A DNA stretch of 64,000 nucleotides from Monocercomonoides exilis PA203 (taxonomy: Eukaryota; Protista; Preaxostyla). Positions 62,517-64,000 of this stretch are shown here, piece after piece. Where the stretch lies: NCBI GenBank assembly GCA_001643675.2, contig LSRY02000023.1, positions 248,001 to 312,000 on the forward strand, in the 5' to 3' direction. The stretch's first letter is position 1, and every line of letters starts with the position of its first letter. The position numbers were made by a program, and so were the translations under genes. Below the pieces are notes generated by a model. That model was not told the DNA's origin. It saw only the letters and a list, made by a program, of their open reading frames with translations, and made no database searches.

Positions 62517-64000
62517 TGTTGTTGGAGGATGAAGTGGAATGCGTAAGAGAATAAGAAGAATATTGAAGTGACTGGGAAGATGATTGAATTGCGTCTAAAA
62601 TGCAAATGAGTTGACAATAAAACAACATATAAAAAAGACATAAACGAAAGAAAAATTTTAAAAAAAGTCCATTTTATTAACAGCAAATGGATTAAAAAAA
62701 GAAATCAAAGCAATTTCACACCATTATTACTCAGCCTCATCTCCTTCTTTTCCTTCTCTCTGTTTCTATTGCACTCCGCCAGCGCCTTGATGCTTCTGAC
62801 CACCAGCGCCTCCACCCCGTCCCTCAGCTGCTCCGCTGCCCCTATCTTCTGCAGCACCTCCTTTGCATCAAACAGCTCTTTGGGTATTCTCTTCACTTCT
62901 CTCTCCAACCTCCTCGGCGAATGCGTCAGGAAATATCCCAAAACAGCTGCATACACCTCCCTTTCAAGTGTAGGGTTGTGCAGTGGGATTTCCCCAAGTG
63001 CCTCCAGCTGCTCTGCCGCAATCAAATGCCTCACAAGCGACTGATACAGCGGAACATTCTGTTTTATGATGCCACTGTGTGTGTGTGTTGTCGCCAGCTC
63101 AATTGCCTGTCTCCATCTCTTGTGCTCAATCGCATGCTCCATCGACCGCGTCACTATCTCCTCTATCGTCACACTCTTCAGCAGCCCTGGCTGCTTCGCC
63201 AGCATCCCCATTGCTTCATCCAGTGCCTGTGCAAACTTCCCTTTCTCCATCAGCCACTGTATGTGATCATCTGCATTGATCCTCAGCGCATCCAGCCGTG
63301 TCGTCGGCGTCAGCACAGTCAGCCGCAGTGTCCGGTTGTTCTGCGCGTCTTCCACACTTGTCACACCCAGATGATAATCACGTGCACCCCATTGCTCACA
63401 CCCTTCCATAACTAACTGGTCACATACCTTTTCCGCTGCCAAGAGTGTGTCGAGTGTCACTTTTCCGGCAGTCAGCTCATCCATCTGGATCAGACGCAGC
63501 TCCGCGGGGTCAAACGGAGTCTGGGGTGATTCTGGCTCGTACGAACACAGAACAGCAATTGTATTGTTCACAAATGGGACAGCACCACACACAATAAAGT
63601 CCAGCTGGTCTATTTGATGGCTCACTGCAGCCAGTCTCCCTTTCTCGTCTGGCGTTTCGAAAATGCGGTAGAAGACTATCCTATTTGCGCATGCAATGAG
63701 CACCATGTTCGCTCCGTGCCAAGATAAAGTAAACGGATAGATTTTTGTTAACATCTTTTGCTGAGGTAAAAACAATCCCAATTTAGCAATTATGCATTGT
63801 TTTTCTGAATCATAAATTCGAACTCCAACAGAATTTGCCCATGCAACATATCTTCCATTCCATTTTATTACTAAGATTTCTCCTTCCATTGCAGCTATTT
63901 CTTTTGGTTTCTTTTTCAATAAGCCTTTTGTGAATAAAAGAAGTTTTTCTTCAGTACCACCAGCTATCAATCCTTTTTTTGAATTAAATTGTGGATGCAA
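58975..64000 (-). CDS. VPS41: Vps41 HOPS subunit (WD40, clathrin-repeat, RING-H2); 5' end outside the window
   Basis: IKWNGRYVAWANSVGVRIYD, DYHL, DDHIQWL, LYADY…LLPFL, RING CGVC…FLCGHGCHESC…CLKC; intron 62595-62730 joins the two ORFs in frame. Confidence 0.88.

Overview
Eukaryotic, intron-rich protist DNA with short AT-rich GT-AG introns, the standard genetic code and heavy Ser/Glu low-complexity inserts. Gene style and lineage-specific families suggest an oxymonad such as Monocercomonoides (inference, not a database result). Two gene-dense blocks flank a ~22 kb repeat/pseudogene island (~22.7-45 kb). Left block: C-terminal pseudokinase, two low-complexity/coiled-coil proteins, MRG15/Eaf3, a membrane-anchored S41-like protein, a Pumilio protein, a multi-exon coiled-coil gene and a small hypothetical gene. 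Right block: SMYD, N6AMT1/HemK2, Lsm14/Scd6, RRP1, CC2D1/Lgd-like, PP1-like phosphatase and Vps41. The island holds a Tc1/mariner-type MITE nested in a foldback element, a ~2.4 kb inverted duplication with a patchwork of identity, a TIR-bounded element packed with gene fragments, and long microsatellites. It also holds one long intact gene: a predicted single-pass membrane protein built from 20 copies of an unfamiliar 30-aa Trp/Met/Pro-rich repeat with variable positions, the best candidate for an undescribed system. Exon junctions and identity estimates were worked out by eye and are approximate.
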